Source of the DNA: Felis catus
Lineage: Eukaryota
NCBI RefSeq assembly: GCF_018350175.1
Contig: NC_058368.1
Location: 43,650,001 to 43,714,000, forward strand
Direction of reading: 5' to 3'
DNA length: 64,000 nucleotides
Shown: one piece after another, positions 28,085 through 41,280 of the stretch
How the letters are laid out: each line of letters opens with the position of its first letter
Numbering within the stretch: position 1 is the stretch's first letter
The notes under the pieces: model-generated
What the model was told of the DNA's origin: nothing
Databases searched by the model: none
What the model saw: the letters and a program-made list of their open reading frames with translations, nothing else
Made by a program: the position numbers and the translations under genes

Positions 28085-28298
28085 AAAAAAATTTTTTTAA
28101 TGTTTATTTTATTTATTTTTGACAGAGCATGAGCATGAGCAGGGAGGGGCAGAGAGAGAGGGAGACACAGAATCTGAAGCAGGCTCCAGGCTCTGAGCTG
28201 TCAGCAAAGAGCCTGACATGGGGCTCAAACTCACAGACTGCGAGATCATGACCTGAGCCGAAGTCGGACGCTCAACCAACTGAGCCATCCAGGCACCC
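28085..28298 (-). mobile_element. CanSINE
   Basis: Full-length antisense copy. Confidence 0.95.
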
Positions 28299-30166
28299 TG
28301 GTACATAAATTTTTATAGCACTTTAATATTTTCTTCCATTTAAAACATAAAACAAAGCCATATAATATTAAGAATGAAAATCTGACAAGCAACAGGTTTA
28401 CATTTAAAAGAAGAGCTACTTTGACACTTTAATTTTTCAGTTTTCTTGATCACACATTTCACACAAAATATATATTATGACATATTTGAACAAAAGTTTC
28501 ACTTTCATACAGATATCATAAATACACTTAATTTCTAATGTATGAGTCCTTAAAAATTATTTTCATACATTTTTAGGCAGTATTTAGTTATAACACCCAA
28601 TGTTTTGGGGGGAACATAACTTTATTGATATGCTAATCAATGGAGATTTAAAATAATTGTAAAACTTTGGATAATGCCTAACTTCTCATATTTATACATA
28701 TACTGAGGAAAATAATTTTACAGTCAAGTAAAGTATTATATATACTAGGGCTAATGAAGATTTCTGGCTATTGTGGCACAGGGGGCTGAATTAGAACTCT
28801 CTTATTAAAACACATAAAATCCTGGATACTTTCTAATACTACATTTTAAGTAATGTAGAAGTAGAAAAAATAAACAAGAACACCCTATCAGATGAGCACA
28901 AACTGAACCTGAGTAGCTCACAAGATTTTAAAAGGCAGAAGACATTGATTGTGGAGTTGATAGTTTAATTATGATGGATGGCAGGAGATGATTCCTAGAC
29001 TCTTGCCAAAAGGGAAAGCTGAAACTGAGCTTGCAGCTGAGCTAATTGTATAAAGTAGGTTTGCAAATCTCTGTCACATCTGTGAAATGGATTATAAATT
29101 TTCCACCCATCACCCTTAGGAAGCTGCAAATATTCTTGTTATTGATCAGAAGTAAGCTGGGAATAATACTATTACTCTTCAAAAAGTGAATAGGGAATAG
29201 ATTTCAATACATATGATGGGCCCCAAATCTCACCAAATGCTTGGCTCAGTAATTCCAACCTAAGACATTATTCTTAATATTACATCAAGACTAGGTATCT
29301 CATATGTGTCTACACCAAAGAAAATTGCTGGGTCTTCCATCAACTCAACTGAAGTTGAATCAAAGAAAAAAAAATTACAGATGAAGCAACAAAAACTTGG
29401 GTAATTTCCTCACTAAATAAAAGAAACAATATAAAAAATTGAAAAGGTTTCCAAAATAAGAATGTCTAAAATGTAAATAAGACAAAGGAAGTAGTAGAAA
29501 CCATAAGGCAAGTACATGTCAGAATGAGAAAAGAATAGGTGTATTAGAATAAAAACCATTGTATAAATGGAAAATTACCATAGACATGTTAACACTTAGA
29601 CTAAATACATCTAGAAAGAGAATTTGTTTTAGAAGACAGATCAAAAGCAAATACACATACCAGGGGCAGAATTATTACAGTTATGAATTACAAAAGAGAC
29701 ATAGTAAAGCAGAAAATAACAAGAAAAGGTCAAATGTCCAGTAGGAATGTTTTTAAAGATATGTTGAAAATGGAGAACAACAATATTTAAAATCTAATAG
29801 TACATAATTTCCTATGATTGAAAGAAAGTGAGTCATCTCTAAAAGATTCAAATGCACAATAATAATAATGAGGATGCATAATAGTAAAAATGCAGATTAC
29901 TCCCCAAAACAATAAAATCTTAATGGCTATCAAAAAACAAAACAAAACAAAATGGATTACTCGTGAAAGAATGACTTCTTGTCAGCAACCTTGTTACCAT
30001 AAGTCAACAGGAGAATCTCTCCAAATTACTATTAGCCAAATAGCATTAATGAATGAGGGTGAAATAATATTTCCAGATATGAAAACTCAAATTAACAACT
30101 GGCTAACCATGATATTACTGAAAATAAATTATGTGACTGTTCATGTATAAATATTGAGTAAAAAAC

Positions 30167-30422
30167 TTTTTTTTATTTTTTTGAGAGAGAGAGGGCTTAA
30201 GTGAGTGAGGGGCAAAGAGAGAGAAAGAATCCCACAAGGTGCACGGAGGGAGAAAGAAAGAGAAAGGCTGGGCTCACCCAGGGCTCGTGCTCACCCAAAG
30301 CGGGGCTCATGTCCACCTGAGGAGGTTTTGAGCTCACTCTATGTGGGACTTGAACTCACGAACTGTGAGATCATGACCTGAGCCGATGTCAGATGCTTAA
30401 TGACTGAGCCACCCAGGCGCCC
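30167..30422 (-). mobile_element. CanSINE variant with internal tandem repeats
   Basis: Normal head at 30346-30422; body replaced by repeated gggctc...ctcac units. Confidence 0.88.
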
Positions 30423-30747
30423 TGTAAAATCATAGATTAATGATTAATCATTGAGGTTTAAAATTCCAACAGTAATAGAGAATGTGAGAAGGTAGAGACT
30501 AAAGTTAAAGTTTTTACAGATTTTTAAATACTTGAATTACAAGAATGAAATGAATCAATTTTTTAATACATTAGAATGGATGTGAAACGTTTACAGTATT
30601 AACTAACAGAAAGAAAAGAATGTCAATTTCAAAATCAGTAGAGGAAAAAAATCAAAAAGAAAAAAAAAAAAGAATAAGAACTAATGCCCTTAAATATAGA
30701 AGAAGGAAAGAAGGAAGAAGAAAAAGAATTTAAAAAGTATGACGGTA

Positions 30748-30962
30748 GGGGCGCCTGGGTGGCTCAGTCGGTTAAGCGGCCAACTTCGGCTCATGTCATG
30801 ATTTCTCAGTCCGTGAGTTTGAGCCCCGCGTCGGGCTCTGTGCTGACAGCTCAGAGCCTGGACCCTGTTTCAGATTCTGTGTCTCCCTCTCTCTCTGACC
30901 CTCCCCCGTTCATGCTCTGTCTCTTTCTGTCTCAAAAGTAAATAAACGTTAAAAAAAAATTT
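30748..30962 (+). mobile_element. CanSINE
   Basis: Full length; TSD aaaaagtatgac(g/c)gt. Confidence 0.97.
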
Positions 30963-32309
30963 AAAAAAAGTATGACCGTTAAAATATTCAAAACATACAG
31001 GTATCTCAAAAATCAATATATGAAACAATATTAAAACAGAGCAAAGATTCCATCTTAAATTCCTATAAAACCATATTTTAAACACAATTATATCTTTAAG
31101 CATATGTCTGAATATGAGAAAATAAATGTAAGTTTAAACCCAATGGAAAAGAACACTTTTGAGAGAAAAAGTGATATTGTGTGAGAGAATAGAACAGAAG
31201 GATGTTTAAAAAGCCTTATAAACAAGAATTATTAAAGTTGGGATCCATTTTTTTCTGGGGACTCCATGCATCCCTTGAAATTAAACACTAAGGTAATTTT
31301 TATGAATATATTTAAGAATACATTTATTTGTTTATTTTTGAGTGTGAGTCCACAGCTTTTGTCACGTTGTTTTGAGAATTCTGGACTTCAACAACAACAA
31401 GTAGAATGATTGCTATAAAGGCACTATTTTAGAAAAAAAAAAAACAACAACAGTGGTTAATGTGATACATAACATTAAACTAAAAGGAAATGAGATTATA
31501 TCATTTCCAAAATAAGAGTTCTGGATACCAATGCTTCTCAAATGTTAAAGGATTGGAATATTCATGCTTAATTTATTTCTGTTATAATTTTTTAGGTTGT
31601 TTGCAGACCATACTTTAAGCACATTGTTTTAGTCACAGAGGCTTAATTGGTTATTATTTGTTTTAATTAATTTGCCGGAAGATGTCTTACATAGTTCTAC
31701 ACAAATTCTGTAACAGTCAAAAAAGTATGAACAAAAACTGTTGTCAGGGAATTCTGAGTTTAGTTTTTGCCCTTCTTTGGCTGTTAGGTGAGCTACCAAT
31801 GGAGAAAAAAAGAAGGGATATCTGTAAGCCTATCATATTCATATACTGTGTTGTTTATTTATCTGGTTAATAAACCTTTACTGAGATACTTCCAACTACC
31901 ATGCACTCTGAGCTGCCATAGATCGATAAGACTGAATAAAATCATAAAGTTTCCTTGTTTCTATTTGAATATACTGAGAAAGACAGCTATTATGTTTGTA
32001 AGTAAAGTCTGATAACTTTATTTGGTTAGTCATCTAAAGCATAGTTTATTGCATGGTTAAGGTATTGTTTTTATTACTTGTGGCTGTAAATTTCAAAGTT
32101 ATTTCTTCTGGGATAATGTCTCAATTTATAATTATAATTTTGCCTGTCCTCACAATTCTCGAAGTTAATTATGGACAAATCTTGGGTTATGTGCATTTTT
32201 TGTTTGTTTTTTGTTTGTTTGTTTTTCTCACACCAGGGTGCAGAACTGAATGGGAGGATTCACTTGGGAGAAAGTATCGTTGACTGAGAAAATAACATTA
32301 ATAGATGTC

Positions 32310-32480
32310 ACTGACATTTGTTGATTACTTAGCAGATGTCAGGCACAGACCTGAATGCCTTATGTATATCATGAGAGAGATACAGTTTAGTAACTATCCA
32401 GTGTCTCAAAGAAAGGAAGGAGACACTTGGGATCTGAACTTTGGAAATTGACTCCAGGGCCTCTGTTCTTCAAAACTCTA
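32310..32480 (-). mobile_element. MIR fragment
   Basis: acatttgttgattactta...gggatctgaact...tgactccagggcctctgttctt. Confidence 0.65.
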
Positions 32481-33242
32481 CAAGACTGAGAGGCAAATTA
32501 ACCAGTGAACAACTGCCTTTTAAACAGCAATCTACTGTTGTTTTTAATTTACAATGTGCTGATAAAATTAAAATACCAATAAGCTACTAGGAACACAAAA
32601 CTAAAAATATACAAAGTAGAAACCCAGTGTATTTTATATTTATCAGAAAAACTTTTCCTATATCAAAAAGCTATAAAAGTAAATCATAATTTATCTACAA
32701 TTTTCAAATTATATGAAATTTTAAAATCCCTTATCAAGAACTTGTAACAAACAATTTGCAAAATAACACCACCCCAGAGACATAACTTTGAGTAGTACTC
32801 CATTAAATCCACCCCATTTGGTGGGAATTTGAATTTTTTAATATATTTATGTTATTTTCCCACTGAGGATAAACTGAGTGGTGACAATGAAGAAAAACAT
32901 ATATAAAATTGCCTGAAACTTATGATAAAAAGATATTTTACTAATTATGAAGAATTGGCATTTTATGCAATGATTTCCATTGATCTTACGTAACTAACAA
33001 TAATTTGGAAAAACAACACTGAGCTAAGAAGAATCAAAGGAAAGGGCTACTTTTAGTGGGGTTTTTTGCCATCTCTTAAATATACCTACACTTGAGACAA
33101 AGAATTAGAGCTTAAAAACTTATTCTTCTGATAGTGTGATGGAAGAGACAAATCCAAATGCGTATTCCAGGTGAAAATTCAGGTTCAGAGAAGCTGTCAC
33201 TATGAGTTTTGTTTTTTTTTTTTTTTAGCCTATTATCCTTAC

Positions 33243-33388
33243 TTTCTGGAGAAAAGTGTGTTTGATTTCACCAAGTGTAGACAATCTCTTGCAATACATT
33301 TGTAATACATCATGTTTTTGTAATCCAAAGGCTGTCGAATGTCATCTTTAGTGGCCTTCTGGAGGGTCTTTGTCACCAACAGTTGGAC
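33243..33388 (-). other. Weak candidate internal exon (146 nt)
   Basis: Minus strand ttttcatgtcactatAG|GTCCAA...CCAGAAA|GTAAGG; one open frame VQLLVTKTLQKATKDDIRQPLDYKNMMYYKCIARDCLHLVKSNTLFSR; protein not recognised. Confidence 0.22.
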
Positions 33389-34059
33389 CTATAGTGACAT
33401 GAAAACATAATTTTTACTCCCTATTAACAAACGTCAATTATCAAATAGTCTGTTTCGTGCCTATCTCAGTATAAAAGTTTTTTTAATGTATTTTAATCTT
33501 GGAGAAAGCACACCCTAAAGTGTTCATAATTAAAAATTTTGAGTAGCTACATTTGAATGCAGTAAGATAATTTTACAGGAAGCAAGCATTTTTCTAAATT
33601 GACATTTTGTGTATAACTTAGTAGAAGAGAAGACTTAACAAGTTGTCCTTGAAAAAATAATTCAGATTTTATCAATCCATAATTTATAGACAGAAACTCA
33701 CTGAAGATAACAGTTTCTTTTCAAAACTGATGATATGATAGGTAATTCTGATTAAAAAATAAGTTAATTCATGTAAGGTAAGCTTTAGAAGGGAAATTTT
33801 TACATGGAACACAAGAAATAAGTATATTTTACAAATATCATAAAAAGGAATATGAAATAAAACTTTTATTAAACTTTTTTTCAAAGTTATTATGCTATTA
33901 ATATTTGTATACCATGCATTTCTATATTTTATCTAAGTATAATTTAATTCCAAATGATAAACAGCAAACAGGATACATCTGATACTCCACTGAGGAAATG
34001 AATGATAAAAGTAGTGACGTGAAACCATTGGGTAATATAAAATGTTATTATGATTTAAA

Positions 34060-35807
34060 AAATAAATTTTACTTTTCAAAGCAGTTTTAAGCTTACAGAA
34101 AAGCTGAGTAAAACATAGTTTCCTCTCTATTTACCTGTCCCCTCACCACCTGGTTACTTCTGTTATTAACATATTGCATTTGTATGGTGCATTTGTTATA
34201 ATCAAAGCACCGATACAGATATTTTATTACTGACTACATACCCTAGTTGACATTGCTATTCATTTCTTGCATTGTATAGTTCTGTGAAATATCTTGTATA
34301 CATCATTATGGTGTCATTGTCATATAGAACAGATTCATTGTTGCAAACATCCTCTGTGTTCTACCTATTCATTCCTGACCTTCTCACATATCTTCCTATA
34401 GCCGCTGCAACTACTGATCTTTCCATTATGTCATATGGTTGTAATTGACCAACGCTGCCTTAATGTTCTCCTCAGCTTAAATTAACTTTTAGACGGGTTT
34501 CTTTCCGACTATAAACCCCTACCCTTCCTTTTCTTAGAACATTTACTTTAGAAAACTTGTACATTCTTTCTCTGCCACTTTGAAACATTTGTACATTTTC
34601 TCCCAGCCTCTAGCCAGTTTTGTAACCCCAGGAAATGTCTTTATTAACAATCTGGTAACCATGTCTTTGAAATGTAAACATGGAAGGAGATGGTAACACT
34701 GTCTTCCTGTGCCAAGGTAGGAGCCTAACTTCCATGGGCACCAAACAAACACAGATGGCCTAATTTAAGAGAAAAAGTTTTGATCAGAAATAACCTTTAC
34801 TCAAGATTAACTCAATGTTTTGCACACGTCTCATTGATCTGCCTCCTCTCTGACTTCCTCTAGAACATTTCCACTAGACAGCCTCTGTGCTTAAAAGACG
34901 CTTCTGATTTTTGCTTCATTTGGAGTTGAGTTCAGTCTCTCTCTCTTCTACTGCAGTAGTCTTGAATAAGTCTTTCCTACCTGTTTAACTTTGTCCAGGG
35001 CAAATTTTATATTGACAAAAACATACAGTTATATAGCTTTTCAGACTTTTTTCTTTCACTTAACAATAGGCACTTAAGTTTCTTCTATGTCTTTTTGTGA
35101 CTTGATGATTTCCTCTTATAATATTTCTTTGTATGCATGTATCATGGTTTGTTCACTCACTTTTTGAAGGACATCTTGGTTATCTCCAATTTTTGCCTCT
35201 TAAGATTGATGCTGCTATAAATATTCATATGCAGGCTGCGGTTAGGTATTTACTTTGCCAGGTTGATTAGGCTCTGGCAAAACCCACATCAATTAAATTA
35301 AGCTCTGGCAAAACAGATTTTCTTGAAGTAAGATCTTTGTTAAGGAGAACAAGCACGCTCTGCTTTTTAAAAAATGATTACTTCTCTACTATGCTTACTG
35401 GAAGTATGAGGGGTTTTTCTCTGCTTTTTAACCCTGAGAATTTGGTGGAGCTTCCAGTAGTAAAACTCACAAAAGCATGGAGACATCTGGTAGGGCCCCC
35501 AAGAGTTTCAATCTTTTAAAGTAGTCAATACTTAGTTCCTAGCATTTACTCAATTACCCAGTTTAAGTGTTCCTACCAGTTTCTAGCTTCAGTGACAGTT
35601 TCTGGCCCTAGTGAGCTGTGATTCTTTCTATTTATATTTGAAATTTATATCTCAAGTTTTCAGTATGGCAGTTTTGCACTGTGGTTTCAATCCTCTGATG
35701 AATCTAAAGAGAGTTGATTTTCAGTTTGTACAGATTTTTTTCCTGTTGGCAGGAAGGAAGTGAGAACTTCCAAGTTTGTTACATGTCTGACCAGAAACTG
35801 GAAGTCC
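34060..35807 (-). mobile_element. L1MC-like element: 3' UTR (34060-35237) joined to an L1 5' end (35240-35807), split by an LTR
   Basis: gcagttttaagcttacagaaaagctgag...gctgctataaatattcatatgcagg is L1MC1/2-like; ...acatgtctgaccagaaactggaagtc is an L1MC/L1M4-like start. Confidence 0.7.
34440..35017 (+). mobile_element. Old ERV1 solo LTR (MER89/MER90-like)
   Basis: TG...CA termini (tgtaatt...attgaca); cttagaacatttactttagaaaacttgt and ggagttgagttcagtctctct...tgaataa motifs; interrupts otherwise collinear L1MC sequence. Confidence 0.75.
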
Positions 35808-35861
35808 TGATGATTTGTCTTTAAATAAAAGTACTATAAAATTACTTATATTCATCCTGTA

Positions 35862-35863
<2 letters not shown>

Positions 35864-35904
<41 letters not shown>
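35864..35904. repeat. (TA)n microsatellite
   Basis: Direct reading. Confidence 0.97.
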
Positions 35905-35908
<4 letters not shown>

Positions 35909-36937
35909 GTAAATGAAAGTAAATGAAATAAGATCATAATGTAAAATTCCATTCTGAATGATTAGTCAAGTTTTTCTTAAGAATACATGAATCAACTACA
36001 AGGACCATTTCTAAACTGAAAATATGCCTCCATAGAAATCAGGATATCTTGTTGATGTTTATCAATCTATCAAGGAACTATTTATGTGACTTTTAGCTCT
36101 CTGAGCATGGATTTTTTTTTCCTATAAAATTAAAAGAAAGAATTTAGGCTACATATTCTCTAAAGTTGTGGCAAATGATAAGGATTCATTATTCTTCAAG
36201 TAATACTCCCATACACTGTCATTTTAGAAGACAGCCTATTTCTGAATTTGTGCTATTTCACTACTGAATACTATTTTAAGAATGACTGCAAAGAGTTAAA
36301 AGCATTTCCTTTATTTTCTTGATTTTCAAGTCCATTTTTATTTTCTTCATTCTCCTTTGAGATAGTTCAGTCAGCACTTTTACTATTTACAGACCAAGCT
36401 AAATATAGATGGATAAAAAGGTTAACACAGAAAAGCAAAACAGTTGGAAGAAAAATAGATGAGACATTTAAATTCATAGCTAAGGAAACTTCATGAAGCT
36501 CTTGGGTTATACGAATCAGAAAGGAAAAGAATAAAAAAAGAACACCAAGAATCACATAACAACAATATTTTTAAACCTCAAATATTTCCTCTAGGAAATA
36601 ATATGAATAAAATATATTTATAATTATAATAGCTTTTGATCTCTTCTGTAATATGATTCATGAACATTAAACCATATTTTTTTTTGTAGCCTCTACTTGC
36701 CACAGGGGATTAATGGCAGATGATAATATGTACTAACACCCTCTTATAGGAATAGGTCTACTCTCAAAATATATTTTGTTTCAGTCAGTTCCTTTTCCTT
36801 TCTCTTTATTTATTTTAGGTTTGGGGTGTTTGGGAAGGGGACACTGTTATTTTGGTCATTTTGGAAACTGCTAATAAGCTTAGTGATAATAGAACTTTAA
36901 ATCAAGTACTGTTTGTGGATAAAGATGAACAGCTTTG

Positions 36938-37134
36938 AGGTGCTTAGGTGAATCCATCAATTAAGAGACTCTTGATTTCAGCTCAGGTCATGATCTTACA
37001 GTCCTGAGATCGAGTTCCATGTCCAGCCATGCACTGGGCATGGAGCCTGCTTAAGATTCTCTCTCTCCCTCTTTCTCTGCTCTTCCTTGTGTGCACACAC
37101 ATGTTCTCTCTCTCTATCAAAAAATTTTTTAAAA
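36938..37134 (+). mobile_element. CanSINE (older)
   Basis: TSD aaagatga(a/g)cagctttga at 36921-36938 and 37135-37152. Confidence 0.9.
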
Positions 37135-38029
37135 AAAGATGAGCAGCTTTGATACTCCTCTTGTGCATCAAATATTACAAACTGCACTTTACATTTCAGT
37201 TTCACATATAAATCATGAAATATAAAATTCTAATTCATACTTGTAATACAAATAGGAAAACTTTTTTTTAGATTATACAATCAACTAACAGTTTTTTTCT
37301 CTATAATATGTCTACTTTAGGTGTTAGTAAATGACAAACATGGTATATTAGAAATTTTCTCTTGCAGATATTAATCAGGGAGTTCGAAAAAATTAGCACC
37401 TTAAAGGGCTAACCATTTTTTCCCTTTAGTCAGACTATTTTCTCTTGATTTAAATGTTACATTGAGAAGAGAATCATTAATTGCCAATTCCAATATTAAA
37501 AAATGATTTAGAGTAATGATTTAGTAATTTTAGTAATGATTTAGAGAAGTGGATAGTAAAGGTGCATTATAACTTGTAATTTAACGTTAAATGGTGCAGA
37601 AGAGAGGACATTTCAAGTCCAGATAAAAGTAAGCCTTTACTAAGATTCCATTTTATAGTAAAGGAGATGGCTAACTTGGCCTCCACATGCATAACATCAA
37701 ACTCTTGACTGTACATCATTAGCTGAGTACATATATCTTTGGATTCATATATCTTTCCTTAACAATACTTGAGGAGATTTGTTAACTTGTTACTTTGGGT
37801 CCATATTGCAAAATCATCTAAAACAAGCAAAGGAACATACCAACATATATTATATTGTTAACCAGAATTTTGGAATAAATTATGTACAATGTGCTAAATA
37901 GTATATCTAAATGGCAAAATTTGGATACAGTGAATAGAACAGTTACATACATAAAACTTATGAAAAGAACAAAAAAGCATAGTACTCTAGCATCTTCTTT
38001 ACTTCCAGCATCTCTTTTTCTCTTTTAAG

Positions 38030-38385
38030 ACATATTAGCTTTTGCTCCAGTATTAATAAAAAAAAAATTCAGGGCTTAAAACAATAAATATTTATTTCTT
38101 GAATTTATTATATGAGTTGATATGGTTCTACTTGTATTGCCTGGGTAATTCTTGGCCACACTGATTGAACCTGACTCATTTCTAACGTCTTTTCATCCTA
38201 TTATCATAGCAGAAAGCCAACACTCAAGGATGGATTAAGGTAGCAATGCATATTCAACCAAGTAATGACATCTAAAATTACAGCTTTGACATGTCATACA
38301 TCACATCCATGTGAATGCCATTGGCCAAAGCCAGTTATGTGGCTAGCTCAAAATTAGCAGGTTGGGGGAATATATTCTTCGTGCC
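38030..38385 (-). mobile_element. Old MaLR LTR (MLT1 I/J/K-like)
   Basis: ggcttaaaacaataaatatttattt and ccattggccaaagccagttatgtggc motifs. Confidence 0.6.
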
Positions 38386-38456
38386 GAGAAACAAAGTGGT
38401 GGTGATTAGGGAACTTACAAGGGTAAACAAAATGTGAGCAAGAGTTCTTGCAGGGA

Positions 38457-38926
38457 ATCAAAAAAAAATGAAATCTTGCCATTTGCCACAACATGGGAGG
38501 AACTAGAGTGTGTTATGATAAGCGAAATTAGTCAGAGAAAGACAAATATCATATGACTTCATATGAAGTCATATCATATGACTTCACCCATATGTGGAAT
38601 TTAAGGTACAAAACAGATGAACATAAGGGGAGGGAATCAAAAATAGTATAAAAACAGGGAGAGGGACAAAACAGAAGAGACCCTTAAATATAGGGAACAA
38701 ACTGAGGGTTGCTGGAGGGGTTTTGGGTTGGGGATGGGCTAAATGAACAAGGGGCATTAAGGAAAACACTTGTTGGGATGAGCACTGGATATTATATGTA
38801 GTGGATGAATCACTGGATTCTACTCCTGAAATCATTATTGCATTATATGCTAACTAACTTGGATATAAATTATAAATTGAATGAATGAATGAATGAATGA
38901 ATGAATGAATAAATAAATAAATAAAA
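38457..38926 (+). mobile_element. Carnivore L1 3' end with (ATGA)n/(ATAA)n tail
   Basis: Collinear with 12590-12990; contains an inverted micro-triplication at 38546-38586. Confidence 0.94.
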
Positions 38927-38934
38927 TTTGTGCA

Positions 38935-39095
38935 GGGGCACTTGGGTGGCTCAATCGGTTAAGCGACTGACTCTTGATTTCCACTCAGGCCATGATCTCA
39001 CAGTTCATGAGTTCAAGCCTCACATCAGGCACAGTGCTGACATTATGGAACCTACTTGGGATTTTCTCTCTCCCTCTTTCTCTGTCCATCTTATG

Positions 39096-39130
<35 letters not shown>

Positions 39131-39160
39131 AAAATAAATAAACATTTAGAAAAATAAAAA
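38935..39160 (+). mobile_element. CanSINE (older)
   Basis: ggggcacttgggtggctc head, (CT)n, A tail. Confidence 0.93.
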
Positions 39161-39946
39161 GAATTAGTACAATCATAGTTTTGTGTACGGTAGCTCTTAT
39201 TTGTATATGATATTGGTATTATACAATGTTTTTCTCTTACAGGTTACTATTTTATGTAAAAATGGGTTGTTGTCTACTACTATTGGCTATTTTATTTTCT
39301 TATCCAAATAGCAGCAGTGTTAGTCCCTCAAGTATAGTTCTTTTTATTTGATTGTGCATATGACACTCTTTCTATTCCTGCCTCTAATATGTTCAGACAC
39401 GCACATGTACATGTGTGCATACACAGGTGCACACATACATAAAATACATACAAATCTGAAACATAAGATAATTTTATCTTTAAAAAAAAACTCTATAAAA
39501 CTATTCCTTCTTTTGCCCCAGGGAATGATTTTTCTAATTCTCTATCAGTGCTTCTATGCTGATACTCTTGTTTTCCCTGAGGTATCCACAACATGGAGAA
39601 GGGTTGTCTAATCTATCTTTTTTTTTTCCTGTCCTAATAAAAAATAATCTTCCACTAATATGACAAGAAAGAAATTCTCCACTGCACAGGACTCCTTAAT
39701 TTCTTATACTACCTGTAATGTAATGTTAAATATTTCCTTTGATTTGTTTCCTATTTAACCATTTAATAACCCTCTTGATTTTTATCAAAAAATGTGACCA
39801 ATTGTATCTAGTTACAGTGCTGCAGAAGCAGAGTGTTAGGTGGCTAAAGTAAGATCCAGGAAAGATTAATGGGATGAAAATAAGCATCTACTGGAGAGGT
39901 CCATGGTACTTTGGTAGGATGAATTATTAAAAGATAGAACACTGTT

Positions 39947-40164
39947 GGGTCACCTGAACATCTCAGTTGGCTAAGTGTCCGTCTTCGGTTCAGGTCATGA
40001 TCTCACATTTCATGGGTTGGAGCCCTGCATTGGACTCTGTGCTGACAGCCCAGAGCCTAGAGGCTGGGGCCTGCTTCAGATTCTGTGTCTCCCTCTCTCT
40101 CTCTGCTCCTCCCCCACTCACGCTCTGTCTCTATGAATGAATAACACTAAAAAAAAATTTAACA
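39947..40164 (+). mobile_element. CanSINE
   Basis: TSD atagaacactgt at 39934-39945 and 40165-40176. Confidence 0.93.
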
Positions 40165-40766
40165 ATAGAACACTGTGCAGTCAGGGAGAATGGGGGCTTA
40201 ACTTACTGTAACATGCACATTCAGGTTAATGTGACCTCATTAAGTCACACTAACTGTGTATCCTAAGAATGTCACAGGCTGCTGAGTTTCATTATACCAG
40301 ACATTCAAGGTAAATGACAATATGCTGGTGTTAAAAACCTTATAAATTTACTATTTTTGCCCAAGGATTGCTTATCCAGAGAAGACATAATAAAATTCTA
40401 GGATATCATATTTGTTGGTTTTCCGGGGACAAGTATCAACCTCATTCTAAGTAAGATGAACTTAAGGCACATTTGTTATACTCAAATTAGATACTTTTGT
40501 CTGGAAAATTAAAACTACTTTGAACATTGCTATTCCATGCACATACTTTTTCTATTTTGTCTTTTATGAATCTTTAGCTTATTTGCTTTCTTCACTTTGT
40601 AGAAGTATCTAGTGTATCCAACTATCTATTCATGTAGTATAAATATGTATCTGCATATATGCATAAATATATGTGTATGTATACCATTCTTGGTTTTCAT
40701 TAGGAACATATATCATGATCTTAAATCATACCATGTTGCATATTGATATAGTTAGAAACTTACCAG

Positions 40767-41139
40767 TGCTATGGTTTAAATGTTGGCTTCTCCGAAAATC
40801 TATATGTTGAATCTTCATATTCAGTATGATGGTATTAAGAGGTTGGGGTGTTTGGGAGGTGTGTATGTTGTGAGAATATAACTTTCATGAATGGGTTTTG
40901 TGCTCTTATAAAAAAGACCCCACAGAGCTCCCCAGGCCCTTCCTCCATGTGACGACACAGCAAGAAGGCACTGGTTATGAAACAGGAAGAAGGCCCTCAC
41001 ACAATAGTGCTGGCACCCTGTCTGAGATTTCTCACCTTCCAGAGCTTTGTGAAATAAACTCCTGTTGTTTCTAAACTACCAGTTTCTGGTATTTTCTTAT
41101 AGTAATCTTACCATTAAGATTAATGGTAAGATTAAAACA
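40767..41139 (+). mobile_element. MaLR solo LTR (MLT1A0-like)
   Basis: tgctatggtttaaatg start, gaccccacagagctcc, aataaa signal, CA end; 5-bp TSD accag at 40762-40766 and 41140-41144. Confidence 0.9.
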
Positions 41140-41280
41140 ACCAGTTAAATAATCTTAGGGCTAGTGAAATAATTGATCAGAACCAGAAAGTTATTCAAAA
41201 CTGAACTGCATTCAATTTCACTAGATAAATAGGAACTATTTATCTTAATATGTGGGTATATGCCTGTGGAGACTTGCTTT

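Larger units (their letters stand above)
28755..31100 (+). mobile_element. Very old L1ME/HAL1-like 5' and ORF1 relic
   Basis: Strongly A-rich strand with ORF1-like phrases (aaaaggtcaaatgtcc, aacaatatttaaaatctaatag); boundaries uncertain. Confidence 0.45.

Noticed and set aside
39244..39350. Acceptor-like site followed by MGCCLLLLAILFSY..., resembling a signal peptide
   Set aside because: Frame closes after 29 codons with no good donor; hydrophobic runs are expected from T-rich DNA
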